From assembly GCA_964016885.1 (NCBI GenBank), contig OZ024742.1:277574001-277638000 (forward strand): a DNA stretch of 64,000 bases, given 5' to 3'. A program made the translations under genes and the position numbers. This stretch comes from Eledone cirrhosa (taxonomy: Eukaryota). This document shows, one piece after another, positions 62,903-64,000 of the stretch. The notes beneath the pieces were generated by a model. It made no database searches, was not told the origin of the DNA, and saw only the letters and a program-made list of their open reading frames with translations. Each line of letters opens with the position of its first letter. The stretch's first letter is position 1.

Positions 62903-63605
62903 ATAGGATTTCGCTTCAAGCATAGCTTTATACAATATGTATAAATATTTTGTATCTCCAAAGAAATACAGTTTTAGGAAGCCGTAGCTATGCAAACACC
63001 GGGGGGCTAACGCCCTCTGGTGATGTCCAGCAGAAGCAAGGGGGACAACCGTCTAAGCATTTCAGGCTTAACTGGCCTTCGTCAGAACGGTCCCTCCCAC
63101 CGCTTGCGACTGATGGACTAGAACACAGCTGAAAATATATACTTTTCTCGTCTGTGTAAATGAGGTGATTAATCTCATTTGCATATGAAGCTGCATAAGT
63201 TGGCTATACAATATGTATAAATATTTTGTATCTCCAAAGAAATACATGTATTTCTTTGGAGATACAAAATATTTATACATATTGTATAAAAACTATGCTT
63301 GAAGCGAAATCCTATTTCTTTTTTATTATAAGTTGAGCCAACTTATGCAGTTTCATATGCAAATGAGATTAATCACCTCATTTACACAGACGAGAAAAGT
63401 ATATATTCTCAGCTGTCTTCTAGTCCAGCAGTCGCAAGCGGTGGGAGAGACCGTCCCGACGAAGGCCAGTTAAGCCTGAAATGCATAGACGGTTGTCCCC
63501 CTTGCTTCTGCTGGACATCACCAGAGGGCGTTAGCCCCCCGATGTTTGCATAGCTACGGCTTCCTAAATCTGTATTTCTTTGGAGATACAAAATATTTAT
63601 ACATA
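62903..63605. repeat. Nested inverted-repeat element
   Basis: 62935-63205 is the reverse complement of 63336-63604; an 80-bp perfect palindrome is centred at 63246/63247. Confidence 0.85.
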
Positions 63606-64000
63606 TATATATGTATATATATATATATAATAAAGTATATATCCCTACACGCAAAAAGCGTCTAGGAACACATGTATTGCCCAACCATATGCCAATGTGG
63701 TTCAATGGCAGGTTAATAAATTAACGAGCGAGAACATATATAATCAAGGTTTAGCAAATAAGAAAAAGTTTTAAAATAAATTTTAAAAAATTCGCTGTAC
63801 TCACTGTCGTTCTGACTGCTACCAGTTATAGTGGTAGTAGACTGACCTCCCTGCCTTTGCTTCTATCTTTACACACGGTACTGGACGGAATTGCTTCCAT
63901 ATCATTTATTCTCATCTCGGGAACAATTTTGAGCGCCAGTTCGTAATTTGAACTCGGGAATTTTATATTCTCCGAGTCAAAAGATCCTTCTGACGAGAGT

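Noticed and set aside
63105-63145. Possible hammerhead (CTGATGG...GAAA) in the fold-back element
   Set aside because: The core deviates from CUGANGA, there is no convincing stem I, and the inverted copy lacks both motifs.

Overview
Eukaryotic, AT-rich, repeat-dominated DNA with no credible host protein-coding gene. The SINE family, TTAGGG repeats, mollusc-like 5S and long (TA)n/(GA)n tracts suggest an octopus or other coleoid cephalopod (inference). Bases 1-19,052 are about 8.5 copies of a ~2,247-bp tandem unit, each with three minus-strand tRNA-His-derived genes. These are (A) a 3'-damaged, terminator-less copy, (B) a canonical tRNA-His(GUG), and (C) a copy whose anticodon reads ACG (ATG in one unit). 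The array shows a partial 5-unit higher-order period. From 19 to 49.5 kb lies an older, rearranged and decaying extension of the same tRNA-His cluster with about 25 more copies, a few intact. It is interrupted by CRE-type REL retrotransposon ends, a mariner split by a (CCCTAA)n tract, Helitrons, a Penelope-like element with a hammerhead-like motif, Tx1/L1, CR1 and RTE fragments, MITEs and SINEs. A 5S-rRNA-headed SINE-like element marks the cluster's end. From 50 to 64 kb the sequence is rich in microsatellites and palindromes, with a minimal hammerhead ribozyme motif, a Helitron and mariner relics. All calls come from manual reading, and TE fragment coordinates are approximate.
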